A DNA stretch of 64,000 nucleotides from Candidatus Latescibacterota bacterium (lineage in GTDB: Bacteria; Latescibacterota; UBA2968; GCA-2709665). Below the pieces are notes generated by a model. It ran no database searches. It saw nothing but the letters and a program-made list of their open reading frames with translations, and had not been told where the DNA came from. Positions 1-9,148 of the stretch are shown piece by piece. The stretch's first letter is position 1. Every line of letters begins with the position of its first letter. The stretch covers positions 736,001-800,000 of the forward strand of contig CBDCOX010000002.1 in NCBI GenBank assembly GCA_965219995.1. Reading direction: 5' to 3'. Made by a program: the position numbers and the translations under genes.

Positions 1-75
1 GTCGGTCAGAAGTGCGTGCGCGGGGCGGTTGAGCGCGGCGGTGGGAAGAAACGGGGCGGGATAACCGGGGTTACG

Positions 76-834
76 TTACTTGAGCGAAAAGCCGATGGGC
101 ATCACCATCCAGACCTTTCGCTTCTGGCCTTCGTGCTTTCCGGGGCGGAAACGGAACTGGCGCGCGGCCGCGATGGCGTTGTGTCGAAAGACCTCGGGTC
201 CGCTGAGCACCTCGGCCTTTTCCACGCGGCCTTTTTTGTCCACCAGCACCCGAACCATAACCGTTCCCTCCTGTTTCGCCTTGTGGGCGGCACGGGGATA
301 TTCGGGCGCGACGATCCGGATGGGATGCGGCTTGTATTCGATGTCGAACTCGTCCATCGGAGCATCGGTCGGCGGTCCTTTTGCTATCGGACCCTTCAGA
401 CGAAGGTCCAGAGGGAGCGCATCGAGATCCAGTTCGGTGGTTTCAATGGTGACGTCTTCAGGCACTTCCTCACCTTCAACTTCGATCGGAACGCTCGGAC
501 GGGGCGGCGGCGGCGGACGGTGGGCCTGGGATGTCTCCGGAATCTGCGCCCATTGTTCCACCTCGATCGGCGGTTCGTTCAACACCACGGTGGGAATATG
601 CTCCGGGTAGAGGAGTACGGTGACGACCATGAAAAGAAAGGACGCGCCCAGCGATTTGAGAAAGCGGGTCCGATAGTCGCGCTTCAGGTCCATCTCGGGG
701 TCTTTCGAGCGAACCGAAACGCGAACGCCCGTCGGATGATCCTTCAGCAGGCGTAGAAACCTTTCCTGGCGCTCACGAAATCGCGCCAGTTGTGCCAGGA
801 GTGAATGACTGAAGCGATGGTGAACGATATTCAT
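76..834 (-). CDS. tonB: Energy transducer TonB family protein
   Basis: Single TM segment, Pro-rich linker (RPPPPPRP), C-terminal TonB domain (PEYPRAAHKAKQEGTVMVRVLVDKKGRV...FRFRPG). True start may be downstream. Confidence 0.85.
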   Translation of the reverse strand: MNIVHHRFSHSLLAQLARFRERQERFLRLLKDHPTGVRVSVRSKDPEMDLKRDYRTRFLKSLGASFLFMVVTVLLYPEHIPTVVLNEPPIEVEQWAQIPETSQAHRPPPPPRPSVPIEVEGEEVPEDVTIETTELDLDALPLDLRLKGPIAKGPPTDAPMDEFDIEYKPHPIRIVAPEYPRAAHKAKQEGTVMVRVLVDKKGRVEKAEVLSGPEVFRHNAIAAARQFRFRPGKHEGQKRKVWMVMPIGFSLK

Positions 835-1005
835 TGTTCAGTGTAATGAGGATGTGTTGGGATTGCGAGGGTTCCGGCGCCCGGAACGGACTCGCTCTTC
901 GTTCCTGATCGCGCTTCGAATTACCCTGTAAATTCGGGTCGGGGATCGTCGAAGACGGGCGGGTTCGTCTCTTTTCCACTTATACCCGCAAACCGGGAAA
1001 AGGTT

Positions 1006-1037
1006 CCGGGCCGACGGCTGTCCTCAGCCCGGCCCGG
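1006..1037 (-). terminator. GC-rich hairpin, possible terminator/attenuator upstream of tonB
   Basis: Minus strand CCGGGCCG-GGCTG-AGGA-CAGCC-GT-CGGCCCGG followed by AACCTTTT (weak U-tract). Confidence 0.4.
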
Positions 1038-1121
1038 CAGATGCTGAGACGACCCTGATCCCACGCGTGAACAACGGATCCACGGCGCTGGCGTAGACCG
1101 TCTCAGAAGCCATAAATCACT

Positions 1122-1149
1122 AAGTTAGCCCAGACGTTTGAAATGTCAA
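1122..1149 (-). promoter_or_regulatory. Putative sigma70 promoter
   Basis: Minus strand TTGACA-N16-TAACTT. Confidence 0.5.
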
Positions 1150-1189
1150 GCCCAAACTTGAAAATGGGTTCCTGATCGGCGGTTACGGC

Positions 1190-1549
1190 ATGAACGAAGG
1201 AACAGGCACACCCGTCCGAATCAACGTGCGGCGCGGCGACGGGGAGATGGAAATCGAGTGGCGCGGCGGCCGCGTGGACCGCCTGCCGCTGTCCGGGTTG
1301 CGCCGCTGGTGCCCATGCGCGCTTTGTTCGGACCAGCGCGAGAGCCAGGCCCGCGATCAGGGTTTGCACATGTTGTCAGACCAGGAGCGCGAGGCGACGG
1401 CCGACGTGGAGGAAGTGATTCCGGTGGGCCGGTACGCGATACAGATCAGGTGGGGAGACGGTCACGATACGGGGATCTATACGTACGATTCGCTGCGGAT
1501 AATGGGCGAAGGCAACGCAGCGAAACGGGCTGAAACGTCGGGAGATTGA
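1190..1549 (+). CDS. DUF971 / GBBH-like N-terminal domain protein
   Basis: LRRWCPCALC and PVGRYAIQIRWGDGHDTGIYTY motifs. Confidence 0.85.
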   Translation: MNEGTGTPVRINVRRGDGEMEIEWRGGRVDRLPLSGLRRWCPCALCSDQRESQARDQGLHMLSDQEREATADVEEVIPVGRYAIQIRWGDGHDTGIYTYDSLRIMGEGNAAKRAETSGD

Positions 1550-1710
1550 CGCGGTGACGATTGGACAGGACGCCAGGTACGGCAGGATTGACGGCCGCGT
1601 ACGACGGCTCGCAGGCTGGAACAGTGATTGACAGGCCGGGCAAAGCGTCGCCATATTCGAGATGTACGCAAGAGGGAGTGTCTGCGAAACCTCATTTTCG
1701 GGAGAACGAC

Positions 1711-2634
1711 ATGGCACAGTCCATTGAAAGCGGTCTTTTCGCGAAGGGTACGGAACAGACGTCGATGCAGCTGCCCCGGCGCGTGCTGGGCAGAACGGGC
1801 GTGCGGGTGCCGATCCTCGGGTACGGCTCGGCCCCCGGCGGGCTCGGGATGGACGACGACGATGCCATTTCTCTCTGCCACCGGGCAATCGACCTCGGCG
1901 TCACACTCATCGACACGGCGCCCGGGTATGGCCGCGCGCATCTCCAGCTGGGGCAGGTCATGGCCAGCCGCAGGCATGAAGTCTTCCTGGTCACCAAGAC
2001 ACCGGCCGACAACGCGGACGAGGCGTTGTCGATGTTGGAGAAGGGCCTGAAAGACCTTCAGACAGACCAGGTTGATCTGGTTTACGTGCATTCGATGGGC
2101 AATCGGGACGTGGACAGGGTGCTGGCTGCGGACGGCGCGCTCGAGGGCCTGCGGGAAGCGCAGCGTCGGGGATGGACCCGGTTCATCGGCGTGACGGCGC
2201 ACAACGCGCCCTGGCGCACCGCCCGCGTATTGAAAGAAGCGGAAATCGACGTCGTGATGCTTGCCATGAACATCGCCGACCGATATACGTACAACTTTGA
2301 GAACGAGGTTCTGCCGCTCGCCATCGAAAAGAACGTCGGTGTCGCGGCGATGAAAGTGTACGGCGGGGCGTTGGACATGAATTACGACAAGCCTGCGCCT
2401 TCGGCTCTCGCCGCGCACGGACCCCACGATCATGAAACGGCCCTCCGGTATGCGCTGGGGCTGCCCGGGGTCGGCACGGCGGTTGTGGGCGTTTTTACAG
2501 AGGATGAACTCGTGCAGAACGTGGCGTGGGCGCGGGGAATCAAGCCGCTGGATGGGCCGGACAGCCTCGTCGCTGAGCGCACCGGGCGGCAGGTAGCCGC
2601 CGACTGGGGGCCGCATTACGGCGCGGTGGAATAG
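1711..2634 (+). CDS. Aldo/keto reductase
   Basis: RVLGRTG, GVTLIDTAPGYG, LQTDQVDLVYVH, RFIGVT motifs. ATG at 1711 follows a GGAGA RBS. Confidence 0.9.
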   Translation: MAQSIESGLFAKGTEQTSMQLPRRVLGRTGVRVPILGYGSAPGGLGMDDDDAISLCHRAIDLGVTLIDTAPGYGRAHLQLGQVMASRRHEVFLVTKTPADNADEALSMLEKGLKDLQTDQVDLVYVHSMGNRDVDRVLAADGALEGLREAQRRGWTRFIGVTAHNAPWRTARVLKEAEIDVVMLAMNIADRYTYNFENEVLPLAIEKNVGVAAMKVYGGALDMNYDKPAPSALAAHGPHDHETALRYALGLPGVGTAVVGVFTEDELVQNVAWARGIKPLDGPDSLVAERTGRQVAADWGPHYGAVE

Positions 2635-2650
2635 AAAGCGATCAGGTCAG

Positions 2651-3790
2651 ATGATGACACACAGCCGTGCAGGCGCGCGATCTATACAACCCGCGGCCGG
2701 AGGACGGCGGGTTCTGCCCGGCGTATGGTCCGTCCTCGCCGGAGCGGCTCTGTGCGCGTGCGGGGTGGACGAATCCGGCTCACCGCTGGGCGCCGTGACG
2801 CCCCGGTCCTTTGGCGCGGCCGGGCCGCTGGTCCAGCCCAGGAGGGACCATACGGCCACCCGGCTGTCCGACGGCACCGTGTTGATTGCCGGAGGGATAC
2901 ACGTGGTTACCGCCGGCGTTGAAGATCCGTTGACGAGCGCGGAGGTCTTCGATCCGGCCACGGGAAGGTTTCGGCAAACCGGCAGCCTGCCCGAGGGACG
3001 CACCGGGCACGTGGCCGCCATGTTGAATGACGGCAAGGTGTTGATTGCGGGAGGCGGCCGGCAATCCATGGTTCTGTACGATCCCGGTTCCGGCTCCTTC
3101 CTCGCCAGCGCGGCCGGCAGCAGAATCCAGCGCCCGAGAGCGGCGACGACGCTGCGGGATGGAAGGGTGCTGCTGGTGGGCGATCTGACCTTTGCCGCGG
3201 AAATCTACGACCCTGAAGAAGACGATATCGTAAAGACGCTCACTGTCGGTACGATACGGGTGCAGCAGACCGCGACGTTGCTCAGCAACGGGGCGGTACT
3301 CATCGCGGGAGGAGCGAGAGGGCTTGCCGAGCGGTTCGACCCGACAAATGACGCGTTTGCATCGCCCGGCAGCGGCAGCCTGCGGGTCGTCCGCTTCGGG
3401 CATACCGCGACGTTGCTGGCCGATGGACGCGTGCTGCTGGCAGGGGGCAGCGCGGAGATTGGCGGCGGCGTATTCACGCCGGTGAGCAGCACCGAGATTT
3501 TCGATCCGGATTTCCCGTCGTTCCACGCCGCGGGATCGATGCGAACGCCGAGGTTTGGGCATTCGGCCACGCGGCTGCGGGATGGAAGCGTGCTCATCGT
3601 GGGCGGCGCGTCCGCCGATGCCGAGCTGTTCGATCCCGATACCGGGTCGTTTCAGTTCGTGGGCGGTGACGCGGGCCGGGTCCGAAGCGGCGCTACCGCA
3701 ACCCTGCTGAACGACGGCCGGGTGCTGGTGGCCGGCGGTGTGGACGAGGGTTTCCTGTATCTGGAACAGGCCCTGGTCTACAATCCCTGA
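2651..3790 (+). CDS. Kelch-repeat beta-propeller protein, probable lipoprotein
   Basis: Repeated R..HTAT.L.DG.VL.AGG...E..DP units and a lipobox-like ALCAC. Confidence 0.85.
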   Translation: MMTHSRAGARSIQPAAGGRRVLPGVWSVLAGAALCACGVDESGSPLGAVTPRSFGAAGPLVQPRRDHTATRLSDGTVLIAGGIHVVTAGVEDPLTSAEVFDPATGRFRQTGSLPEGRTGHVAAMLNDGKVLIAGGGRQSMVLYDPGSGSFLASAAGSRIQRPRAATTLRDGRVLLVGDLTFAAEIYDPEEDDIVKTLTVGTIRVQQTATLLSNGAVLIAGGARGLAERFDPTNDAFASPGSGSLRVVRFGHTATLLADGRVLLAGGSAEIGGGVFTPVSSTEIFDPDFPSFHAAGSMRTPRFGHSATRLRDGSVLIVGGASADAELFDPDTGSFQFVGGDAGRVRSGATATLLNDGRVLVAGGVDEGFLYLEQALVYNP

Positions 3791-3826
3791 CGTTTCCCGT
3801 CAACGATCGGCGGATGCGGCACGACC

Positions 3827-3863
3827 GGGGGCTGAATCCCGCATGGGCGGCCTCTGTTTTTTT
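3827..3863 (+). terminator. Putative intrinsic terminator
   Basis: Imperfect GC hairpin followed by TGTTTTTTT after the Kelch gene. Confidence 0.45.
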
Positions 3864-4026
3864 GTTCGATTCTCGCCCCCGGCGTACTTTCGGTATCATG
3901 GTTGACTGTCGGCCCACTGTGTGGCTTTTGCAGTCCGGAACCTCGATCGTCCCTCGGCGCTGAATCCCTCCCGCAGGAGCGGATGTTCCCGTACGGACGA
4001 ATCTGTCAACGCAGGTTTGATATGTC

Positions 4027-6024
4027 ATGAGCCAGCCCGAAACCCTCCACACGACCGCGCGACCGGAAGATTCGTCGAACTCGGCTGCGGAAAGCCTCCG
4101 CGGAACCGTCATCGCGCTCTCGGTTGCCATGCTGGTTTTCGCGTGTATCGCGGCGACGTTTCTGGAATTCAGGTCCCGCTCGGCGCATATGGCCATGGCG
4201 AACCTGCCGCTGGCGGTTTTGTTGCCCTTTGTCGTATGGCTTCTGGCAAATGCCCTGTTGAAGCGGTTTGTTCCCTGGCTTTCCCTGACTTCGGCCGAGT
4301 TGAGGCTGGCCCTGAGCATGCTCTGGGTGGGCGGTTCATTTGCCGGGTATAACTGGATCACGCAGTGGGTGGGCGCCATGGCGGCCCCCCGGTATTACGC
4401 CTCGCCGGAAAACAGGTGGCAGGAGTTGATTTTCGACTATCTGCCGTGGTGGATGTTTCCAACGGATTTTCCGGGCGTCACCGAGGGTTTTTTCCTTGGG
4501 ATCGAGAAGGGCGCCGGGGTGCCGTGGGGGGCGTGGCTCGGCCCCGTTTTCTGGGCGATGTCCGCCGGCGCGGCGATGACCGCCATCGGGTTGGGACTGA
4601 CGGCGGTCTTCCAGAAGCAGTGGGTCCGGCACGAGCGACTCACCTATCCGCTGGCGCAGGTGCCGATCGATCTGACGGAAGGCTTCGACGGGAAACGAGG
4701 CTGGCCGCCGTTTGCGCGGCGGTGGCTTTTCTGGGTCGGCTTCGCGATATCGGCCGTCCCCCTGCTGTGGAACCTGATCGAATACTGGAGTCCCGGGTTT
4801 CCCCGCCTGGCGATTTTCGACGCCTACTACGGTCCGACCGGCCCAAGGGGCGCGGAATTATCGCGTTATCTGCAGCCTTTTTCTTACCGCATGCTGCCCA
4901 CCGTCCTGGGCTTTACGTTCCTGTGCGACCTGAACATCCTGTTCAGCATCTGGTCGTTGTGGATCTCCGGACAACTGGGCCTGTACGCCATGTCCAGGGT
5001 TGGATTTTCCGTGGGTCTGGTCGGGCAGGAAGCCAAACCGTCCACAATACTCGGTCTGTTCACCCACGGCGTCAGCATGGGCCTGGTGGTATGGACCCTG
5101 TGGGCCGCCCGGGGTCACCTGAAGAGAATATTCCGGCAGGTGATCCTGCCGCGAGCCGATGAAGAGCCGGAAACCGCGATTCTGTCTCCCCGGCTGGCTC
5201 TGTCCGCGGTATTGGCCGGCGGTATCTATATGGTCTTCTGGCTGAACAGGGCGGGCTACAGCGTACCCATCGGTCTGTGCTGGTTGCTGCTCTTCTGGGC
5301 GAGCATTCTGGTTGTGATGAAATTCCTGGCCGCAAGCGGGTTTGCCTATCTGTTCCCCAGTTTCGGCACCTCGATTCTGAACATGACCGTGGGCGCAAAC
5401 CGGATGAACGAGTCCACCCTGGTGGGGCTTCGCCTGGTGAACTGGCGACTTCTGGCGGGCTGGCGGCTGCCGGCGGCGCTGCCGCACGTGGAACGGCTGG
5501 TCGGGAGATCCGGGCGTACGGGATGGGTGGTGGCCGTCAGCCTGGTCGCGGGCATGCTGGCGGCGATCGTCTATACGGTGTCCATCTGTTACCAGGAGGG
5601 CGGCAGCACGTTCCGTACGTGGTCTCTGGTAGGCGCGCCAAGGGGAATGTACGAGGGAATCGCGAAAGCGGTTGCGGATACGGACCCGGAGGTCACCGAT
5701 CCGGGGAAAATCGGCGTGTGGGTCCTCGGAGCCCTGACTGCCGGCGCCATACAGTTGATGCAGAGCCGGTTCTCCTGGTGGCCGCTTCATCCTCTCGGGG
5801 TCATGCTGATGTCGAGCGGTTACGTTCGGCTTTACGTGCTCGATATTTTCCTGGTGTGGCTGGCCAAGTTGACGGTCCTCCGTTTCGGCGGCATTTCACT
5901 CTACCGTCGCGTCAAACCGTGTTGTTACGGTTTGATCGTGGGCTACGTTTTCGCGGTGGGCTGTTCCTTTCTGGTGGACCTGATCTGGTTTCCCGAAGGC
6001 GGGCACTATATCCATGGGTATTAG
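4027..6024 (+). CDS. DUF6785/DUF6784 family polytopic membrane protein (OPT-like putative transporter)
   Basis: Many TM helices plus QW..HERLTYPLAQVP and WWPLHPLG signatures. Confidence 0.75.
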   Translation: MSQPETLHTTARPEDSSNSAAESLRGTVIALSVAMLVFACIAATFLEFRSRSAHMAMANLPLAVLLPFVVWLLANALLKRFVPWLSLTSAELRLALSMLWVGGSFAGYNWITQWVGAMAAPRYYASPENRWQELIFDYLPWWMFPTDFPGVTEGFFLGIEKGAGVPWGAWLGPVFWAMSAGAAMTAIGLGLTAVFQKQWVRHERLTYPLAQVPIDLTEGFDGKRGWPPFARRWLFWVGFAISAVPLLWNLIEYWSPGFPRLAIFDAYYGPTGPRGAELSRYLQPFSYRMLPTVLGFTFLCDLNILFSIWSLWISGQLGLYAMSRVGFSVGLVGQEAKPSTILGLFTHGVSMGLVVWTLWAARGHLKRIFRQVILPRADEEPETAILSPRLALSAVLAGGIYMVFWLNRAGYSVPIGLCWLLLFWASILVVMKFLAASGFAYLFPSFGTSILNMTVGANRMNESTLVGLRLVNWRLLAGWRLPAALPHVERLVGRSGRTGWVVAVSLVAGMLAAIVYTVSICYQEGGSTFRTWSLVGAPRGMYEGIAKAVADTDPEVTDPGKIGVWVLGALTAGAIQLMQSRFSWWPLHPLGVMLMSSGYVRLYVLDIFLVWLAKLTVLRFGGISLYRRVKPCCYGLIVGYVFAVGCSFLVDLIWFPEGGHYIHGY

Positions 6025-6790
6025 TGAAACGGCGCGTGAAGCGGCCATCGACGTCCGCGGCGTGAACAAGGTGTTCGAAAGCGACGCCGGGCGGGTGGAG
6101 GCGCTGAGGGACGTGAACCTGCAGGTTTCGAAGGGCGCTTTCGTGAGTGTTGTCGGCCCCTCGGGTTGCGGCAAGACCAGCCTGATGCGCATCGTCGGTG
6201 ACCTGGAGGTCCCCACGTCGGGAACCGTTCGCGTGAACGGGAAGATGCCGGGGGAAGCGAGAAAAGCCAGGGAAATCGGTGTGGTTTTTCAAAGTCCCGC
6301 GTTGCTCGGCTGGCGGACGGTGGCAGAGAACGTGGGGTTGCCGGGGGAGATTTTCAACGATACCGGTGTGGCGGCCAGGGTCCATGAAATGGTGCGGACC
6401 GTGGGACTGGAAGGTTTCGAGCAATCCTATCCGAGGCAACTGTCCGGTGGGATGCAGTCGAGGGTGGCCATCGCTCGCGCGCTGACGTACAGGCCCGCGG
6501 TGCTGCTGATGGACGAACCGTTCGGCGCCCTGGACGAAATGACGCGCGAGCGAATGCAGTTGGAACTGCTCCGAATCTGGAGGGGTGCAAGTCCCGCGGT
6601 CCTGTTCATTACACACAGCATTGCCGAGGCCGTTCTGCTTTCAGACCGCGTCGTGGTGATGTCGCCGCGTCCGGGCCGGCTGGTCGAAGACCTCGCGGTG
6701 GATCTGCCAAGACCCAGAAACATGGAATTGCTCACCCGTCCGCGTTTCGTGGAAATGGTGGCGCACCTCAGGACGCTGCTGGGGAGCTGA
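6014..6790 (+). CDS. ABC transporter ATP-binding protein, NitT/TauT family
   Basis: Walker A GPSGCGKTS, YPRQLSGGM, LLMDEPFGALD, ITH switch, SPRPG. Confidence 0.95.
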   Translation: MGISETAREAAIDVRGVNKVFESDAGRVEALRDVNLQVSKGAFVSVVGPSGCGKTSLMRIVGDLEVPTSGTVRVNGKMPGEARKAREIGVVFQSPALLGWRTVAENVGLPGEIFNDTGVAARVHEMVRTVGLEGFEQSYPRQLSGGMQSRVAIARALTYRPAVLLMDEPFGALDEMTRERMQLELLRIWRGASPAVLFITHSIAEAVLLSDRVVVMSPRPGRLVEDLAVDLPRPRNMELLTRPRFVEMVAHLRTLLGS

Positions 6791-6826
6791 ATGCCCGGAA
6801 ACGCTACGGAAACCGTACCTGCGCGA

Positions 6827-7798
6827 TCAGGGCACAGGGGGCAGCAGGTCGGCAACGAAGAGCCTTGAAATTTCGATCTTTCGGTCGATGAGACCCAGAT
6901 CGTACAGAATGTCCTGCGTATGCGACCACCGTTCCGTGGTTTGCGCACCCAGCCCGAAGCGCTCCACGTCCGGGCTCATCAATATTGGGATCAGCCGTTC
7001 GAAATTGGCGCGATTGAATCCGGCATCGCTCTCCGGGCGTTCGGCCATGTACGCGGCAACGGCGTCTTCCGGGTGGTCGACGGCGTAACGCCAGCCTTTG
7101 AGGCTCGCGTGGACGAATCTGCGCACGACGTCGGGATTGTCTTCAAGGTAGTCGGCGTTGGCAATGATGTTGGTGCTGTACAGGTCGATGCCGTAATCGG
7201 CGAATGAAATGCGGGTTACGGCCCGCCCCCGGAGTTCGACGGTGACCGGCTGGTCTTCGGTATACCCCAGCATGGCGTCGACCTTTCCGGCAAGCAGGGG
7301 GGCGGGGCTGGACTCCGTCATTCCCATCACCTGCAGACTGTCTTCATCGATGCCCACCTTCTTGAGGAAAGCCTGGAATTCCCGGTGTTTGGTGCCGCCC
7401 ACGTTAACGCCGACCCGTTTGCCGATCAGATCCTCCGGTGTTCGGATGTTGTTCTCTTCCAGCGCGTACACCACAACCGGCGAGTGCTGGTTGATCACGG
7501 CGAGGGAGACCACGGGGATGTCTCTCGCGCGGGCAATGAGCGTGGCCGATCCGCTGGAAATCCCGAGCTGGTATTTGCCGCTGCCCACCAGACGCGCCGT
7601 TGTGGGTGCGCCGGTGCCTTCGAGTATCTCAACCGAGATGCCCTCGGCGTTGTAATATCCTTCTGCCTTTGCCACAAAGAAGCCGGCGTGCTCCATCTGA
7701 GCCTTCCAGTCCAGAAGCAGCTGAATCCGGTGTCGTGTCTCGGGCGGACTGCCGCACGCAGTCAGCAATGCGAAGAGAAGCCAGACAAGACGGTTCAT
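6827..7798 (-). CDS. ABC substrate-binding lipoprotein, NMT1/THI5-like
   Basis: Lipobox LTAC, LLDW...HAGFFVAKAEGYY, EDLIGKRVG, KGWRYAVDHPEDA. Confidence 0.9.
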   Translation of the reverse strand: MNRLVWLLFALLTACGSPPETRHRIQLLLDWKAQMEHAGFFVAKAEGYYNAEGISVEILEGTGAPTTARLVGSGKYQLGISSGSATLIARARDIPVVSLAVINQHSPVVVYALEENNIRTPEDLIGKRVGVNVGGTKHREFQAFLKKVGIDEDSLQVMGMTESSPAPLLAGKVDAMLGYTEDQPVTVELRGRAVTRISFADYGIDLYSTNIIANADYLEDNPDVVRRFVHASLKGWRYAVDHPEDAVAAYMAERPESDAGFNRANFERLIPILMSPDVERFGLGAQTTERWSHTQDILYDLGLIDRKIEISRLFVADLLPPVP

Positions 7799-7831
7799 CG
7801 AGACCCTCCCGGTAAGAGGTCTGCGTTGAAG

Positions 7832-8623
7832 TTAACGCCGGAGCGGCTCATGGAAATCACCCCAGCGTCTGAGCAGAAGTTTTTCCAGGCCTTCAACGAT
7901 CAGGAAGAGAAGTGTGCCCATCGCGCCCAGCACCACCAGCGCGGCGAACATGAGATCGGTTGCCAGCTCGGAGTTGGCCAGCCGCGTGAGATGTCCCAGA
8001 CCGGCGCTCGCGCCCACGAATTCTCCCACCACCGCGCCGATAACGCTCAGGGTGACGCAGATCTTCAGGGCGGCGAAGAGATATGGAATCGCATGCGGAA
8101 GGCGGACTTTGATCAGGATCTGCCGTCTTCCCGCGGAAAGCGCTCGCATCAGATCCAGGATGAGCGGATCCACGGCGAGCAGGCCGCGTGTCGTGTTGAT
8201 GATGACGGGGAAAAAGGAAATGAGCGCGGCGATGACGACCTTGGGAAACAGTCCCAGGCCGAACCAGACGATGAAGAGAGGGGCCAGCGCTTCTTTCGGG
8301 AAGGTCTGGGAAGAGACGACGATGGGATAGAGCATTCGCTCGATAATGGGCGATCGAGCCATCAAAACGGCGCCCGCGACGCCCGTACCGGCCCCAAGCA
8401 GAAAACCCCAGAGCGCCTCCTGCAGGGTCACCCATGCATGGGACAACAACGTGTAGCGCGCCGAAATCAGTTTACCGAGGATTCGGGACGGCGCGGGCAG
8501 GATATAGTCGGCGACGTTCCAGGCCGTTACCAGAAGTTCCCAGATGCCGAGCGTGACGATAACGAAACCAAGGGACAGGCCGTACTCCCGGACGAGGACG
8601 CGGACGACGTTGACCAGGATCAC
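7832..8623 (-). CDS. ABC transporter permease, NitT/TauT family
   Basis: LPAPSRI, P..ALAPLFIVWFGLG, AVVGEFVGASAGLG. Confidence 0.92.
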   Translation of the reverse strand: MILVNVVRVLVREYGLSLGFVIVTLGIWELLVTAWNVADYILPAPSRILGKLISARYTLLSHAWVTLQEALWGFLLGAGTGVAGAVLMARSPIIERMLYPIVVSSQTFPKEALAPLFIVWFGLGLFPKVVIAALISFFPVIINTTRGLLAVDPLILDLMRALSAGRRQILIKVRLPHAIPYLFAALKICVTLSVIGAVVGEFVGASAGLGHLTRLANSELATDLMFAALVVLGAMGTLLFLIVEGLEKLLLRRWGDFHEPLRR

Positions 8624-8997
8624 CGCTCGAACAGGATGATCTGGGCCTGGATCGCGCCGGCCTGGTTCTGGTACTGGGGGTTTTCGTTCATCGCCATAAA
8701 GAGGGGTCCCTCGTAGGGTGAGAAAAGGTCGAAATAGACCCCCGCCGCCAGGGGCGGGTTCTCCGTTCCGATTCTGCAGATCAGGGCGCCCGCGTTTGTG
8801 CCCGGGAGAAGGTATTCGTCACCGGCCAGGAGGCCTTCAATGCCGTTCGCGCCGCACCACGTGATCGTGGCGGGGCGCATCTCCGGCGACCAGATGCCCT
8901 CGGCCGAAATGACGAGCCGCTGATCCTTCTGTACCCGCAGGTACATTTCCTGCCAGATCGCATTTGGCCGGACGGTCTTGCTGATGGTCAGCGGCAT
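8620..8997 (-). CDS. LecA/PA-IL-like lectin domain protein
   Basis: Pattern W...ISAEGIW...GANG...GALICRIG...GPLFMAMNE...NQAG resembles the PA-IL fold. Overlaps the permease start by 4 nt. Confidence 0.55.
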   Translation of the reverse strand: MPLTISKTVRPNAIWQEMYLRVQKDQRLVISAEGIWSPEMRPATITWCGANGIEGLLAGDEYLLPGTNAGALICRIGTENPPLAAGVYFDLFSPYEGPLFMAMNENPQYQNQAGAIQAQIILFER

Positions 8998-9049
8998 GGG
9001 GCGGAACGCTCGATTGCGGGTCTGATAAGAGGATTCGGGAGCCTGCTAC

Positions 9050-9078
9050 AAGATAGGACCACGTACCGCCAATGTCAA
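9050..9078 (-). promoter_or_regulatory. Putative sigma70 promoter of the lectin-permease-SBP operon
   Basis: Minus strand TTGACA-N17-TATCTT. Confidence 0.6.
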
Positions 9079-9148
9079 GGGGGAGGTCCGAGGGCGACCT
9101 GCTGCCGGTCGAGCCGCGGAACTGATCGCAACGCCGAAGGGGTCCGCG

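Noticed and set aside
1040-1075. TPP riboswitch on the plus strand (GCTGAGA..ACCC..TGATC)
   Set aside because: Lacks the GAACC junction, the P5 TAAT loop and the closing AGG. Only a partial match.
3826-4015. c-di-AMP riboswitch (two GCTGAATCC words)
   Set aside because: No GGGGGACCCA or CCGTCAGCTAAC core. The first copy fits a terminator better.
8998-9050. TPP riboswitch ahead of the NMT1/THI5-like operon
   Set aside because: The leader is only about 45 nt and has no aptamer motifs.
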